This document shows positions 61,317 through 64,000 of a stretch of 64,000 nt of DNA, one piece after another (the stretch's first letter is position 1; every line of letters begins with the position of its first letter). A program made the position numbers and the translations under genes. Below the pieces are notes generated by a model. It saw only the letters and a list, made by a program, of their open reading frames with translations, had not been told where the DNA came from and did not search any database. The stretch covers positions 14,239,579-14,303,578 of the forward strand of contig NC_043026.1 in NCBI RefSeq assembly GCF_006345805.1, in the 5' to 3' direction. This DNA comes from Octopus sinensis. Lineage: Eukaryota.

Positions 61317-62984
61317 TCCCTTTAACAACAATATGAAAGGAAGACGTGGCTACTATTTCAAAATTGTCTTCGTTTGAATTAGCGAATTCAGTGTCGAGTC
61401 CGTTGTTCATCGGTTAGGAAGAATAAAGGCTACGGCACAAAGTACTAATATATATTTCGTTCTGGTGAGCTGGCAGAATCGTTAGCGACGCCGAGCGAAA
61501 TGCTTGGCAGTATTTCGTCTGCCGCTACGTTCTGAGTTCAAATTCCGCCGAGGTCGAACTTTACTTTCATTCTTTCGGATCGATCAAATAAAGTACCAGT
61601 TTCGCACTGGGGTCGATATAATCGACTTAATCCTTTTGTCTGGTCCTTTGTTTGTCCCCTCTATGTTTAGCCCTTGTGGGTAATAAAGAAATAGGTATAT
61701 CGTCTGCCGCTACGTTCTGAGTTTCAAATTCCGCGAGGTCGACTTACCTTTCATTCTTTCGGGGGTCATAAATAAAGTACCTGTTTCGCACTGAGGTCGA
61801 TGTAATCGACTTAATCCCTTGTCTGTCCTTGTTTGTCCCTCTATGTTTAGCCCCCCTGTGGGCAGTAAGAAATATATATTTGTCGTCTAGTTGTTCATTT
61901 TGCTACAATCTTAGCCTTTAAATAAAATTATAATGATACGGTCTTAAACTAATTTTGCCGGTAAATTGAAAACTTTAATTTATTTAGCATTAGAATTCTT
62001 CAAGATGTATAAAAATGGCTATTGTCTGCATCATTCGAAAGAGAAATAAATTCTGCATAAGGTGTGAATGATAAAACAATTTGTATGGTGTTAATAATAA
62101 AATATTTTGTAAGAAATTGAACTTTTATCATCAGTCTTAAATTTATTTTCGCCAGTGTGTATATATATATAGAGAGAGAGAGTGCTGTGGTTTCAGTCCC
62201 ACTGCGCGGCACATTGCGCAGGTGTCTTCTACTATAGCCCTGGGCCTTGTGAGTGGATTTGGTAGACAGAGACTAAAAGAAGCCTGTCATGTGCGAGTGA
62301 CGCAGGCGTGGCTGTATGGTAAAGAAGCTTGCCTCCCAACCACATGGTTCTGGGTTCAGTCCCATTGCATGGCACCAAATTCTTGTGAATGGATTTGGTA
62401 GATGGAAACTCAAAGAAGCCCATCATATATGTATATCTGTATTTTTTTGTTTCGTTGTCCGAAAAAAAAAAAGTTTGTTTCTCATCGTGTTCAACGTTTT
62501 TTTTTTTTTATATCCTGTACCCATATATGCATGTATATATACATATTTACGTAGGTATGTACATATATGTATGTATATATTTATATTATATATGTGTGGT
62601 TTTTGGGAGAGTCTGGATGCAAAAGCATTCTGCTATGAACTGACAGAAAAAGTTAAAGGATGTTGTGGGAATAATGGTAGAATATCTCTTATGTCTAAAA
62701 GCGATGCGGGTTCTAGTTCCACGGACAGCCTTCAATTTTTCTTCTTTTTTTTTTAACTTAATATTTATATGCTATTTTTATACACTTTATTTGAGGCGGC
62801 AAGCTGGCATGGTCTTTAGCACCCCGGACGGAATGCTTAGCAGTATTTCGTCCGACTTGTACTGATAGAAAGACAAACAGTGCGAAGAGATAGAGATTAT
62901 ATATTATATATATTTATTATATATTACATATATTTATTATATATTACAAACTATGTAATGGCCATATATATTTATTATTATATA

Positions 62985-63385
62985 GGTGCAGGAGTGGCTG
63001 TGTAATAAGTAGCTTGCTTACCAACCACATGGTTCCGGGTTCAGTTCCACTGCATGGCATCTTGGGCAAGTGTCTTCTGCTATAGCCTCGGGCCGACCAA
63101 ATCCTTGTGAGTGGAGTTGGTAGACAGAAACTGAAAAGAAGCCTGTCGTATATATGTATGTATATATATATTATATATGTGTGTGTGGTGTGGTGTTTGT
63201 CCCCTAGCATTCTTGACAACTGATGCTGGTGGTTTTACGTCCCCGTCACTTAGCGGTCCGGCAAAAGAGGCCGATAGAATAAGTACTGGGCTTACAAAGA
63301 ATAAGTCCCAGGGTCGATTTGCTCGACTGAAGGCGGTGCTCCAGCATGGCCGCAGTCAAATGACTGAAACGAGTAAAAGAGTAAA
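62985..63385 (+). mobile_element. SINE family 1, full length
   Basis: Head, linker and tail present. Confidence 0.85.
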
Positions 63386-63449
63386 AATAGTACCATCTCC
63401 TTTCGTCTCCATAGCATGGAACAAGCATAAGACAAACTATCAATAAACA

Positions 63450-63997
63450 GATGTATATGTGGAAGCACTCTGTCGGTTACGACGACGAGGGTTCCGGTTG
63501 ATCCGAATCAACGGAACAGCCTGCTCATGAAATTAACGTGTAAGTGGCCGAACTCTCCACAGACATGTGCACCCTTAACATAGTTCTCGGGGATATTCAG
63601 CGTGACACAGAGAGTTACAAGGCCGGCCCTTTGAAATACAGGTACAACAGAAACAGGAAGTAAGAGTGAGAGAAAGTTGTGGTGAAAGAGTACAGCAGGG
63701 ATCACCACAATCTCTTGCTGGAGCCTCGGATGGAAGCACTCAGTCAGTTACGACGACGAGGGTTCCGGTTGAACCGATCAACGGAACAGCCTGCTCGTGA
63801 AATTAACGTGTAAGTGGCTGAGCACTCCACAGACACGTGTACCCTTAACATAGTTCTCGGGGATATTCAGCGTGACACAGAGAGTGACAAGGCCGGCCCT
63901 TTGAAATACAGGTACAACAGAAACAGGAAGTAAGAGTGAGAGAAAGTTGTGGTGAAAGAGTACAGCAGGGATCACGACCATCCCCTGCCGGAGCCTC
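63450..63997 (-). mobile_element. Two tandem 5'-truncated SINE family 3 copies
   Basis: Both match 42674-42950; the second starts at ~63729. Confidence 0.8.
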
Positions 63998-64000
63998 AAG

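Noticed and set aside
60245-62286. ~970-bp direct duplication (about 60250-61216 and 61317-62286)
   Set aside because: The copies flank a 100-N gap exactly and differ mainly by small indels, so this is most likely an unmerged contig overlap. Gap-spanning reads would decide.

Overview
AT-rich, repeat-dominated animal genomic DNA, most likely an octopus (inferred from tRNA-derived SINE families resembling those described in Octopus and from very long (TA)n fields). Only two host genes are supported, and they lie tail-to-tail at the left end. The first is a DUF229 (alkaline-phosphatase superfamily) type II membrane protein with a single coding exon on + (likely ATG 510, stop 2441). The second is a GT31 beta-1,3-galactosyltransferase-like gene on -, which I reconstruct as three coding exons (23832-23772, 18089-17982, 8702-7711; 386 aa) with a degenerate DxD motif. 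The remainder is mobile and repetitive DNA: three SINE families, a ~16 kb tandem array made from one SINE's 112-bp tail with higher-order structure, and a 29-bp-TIR MITE whose two ends each form satellites (143 bp and 158 bp). It also holds Helitron-like elements, piggyBac-type MITEs, and fragments of Ty3/gypsy gag, R4/Dong-like, RTE and L2/CR1-group LINEs. A 348-bp palindrome carries two inverted hammerhead-ribozyme-like motifs. There is a 100-N gap with a probable artefactual duplication across it. Most short ORFs in the supplied track are repeat artefacts. No searches or folding programs were run; all family calls come from motif recognition by eye.
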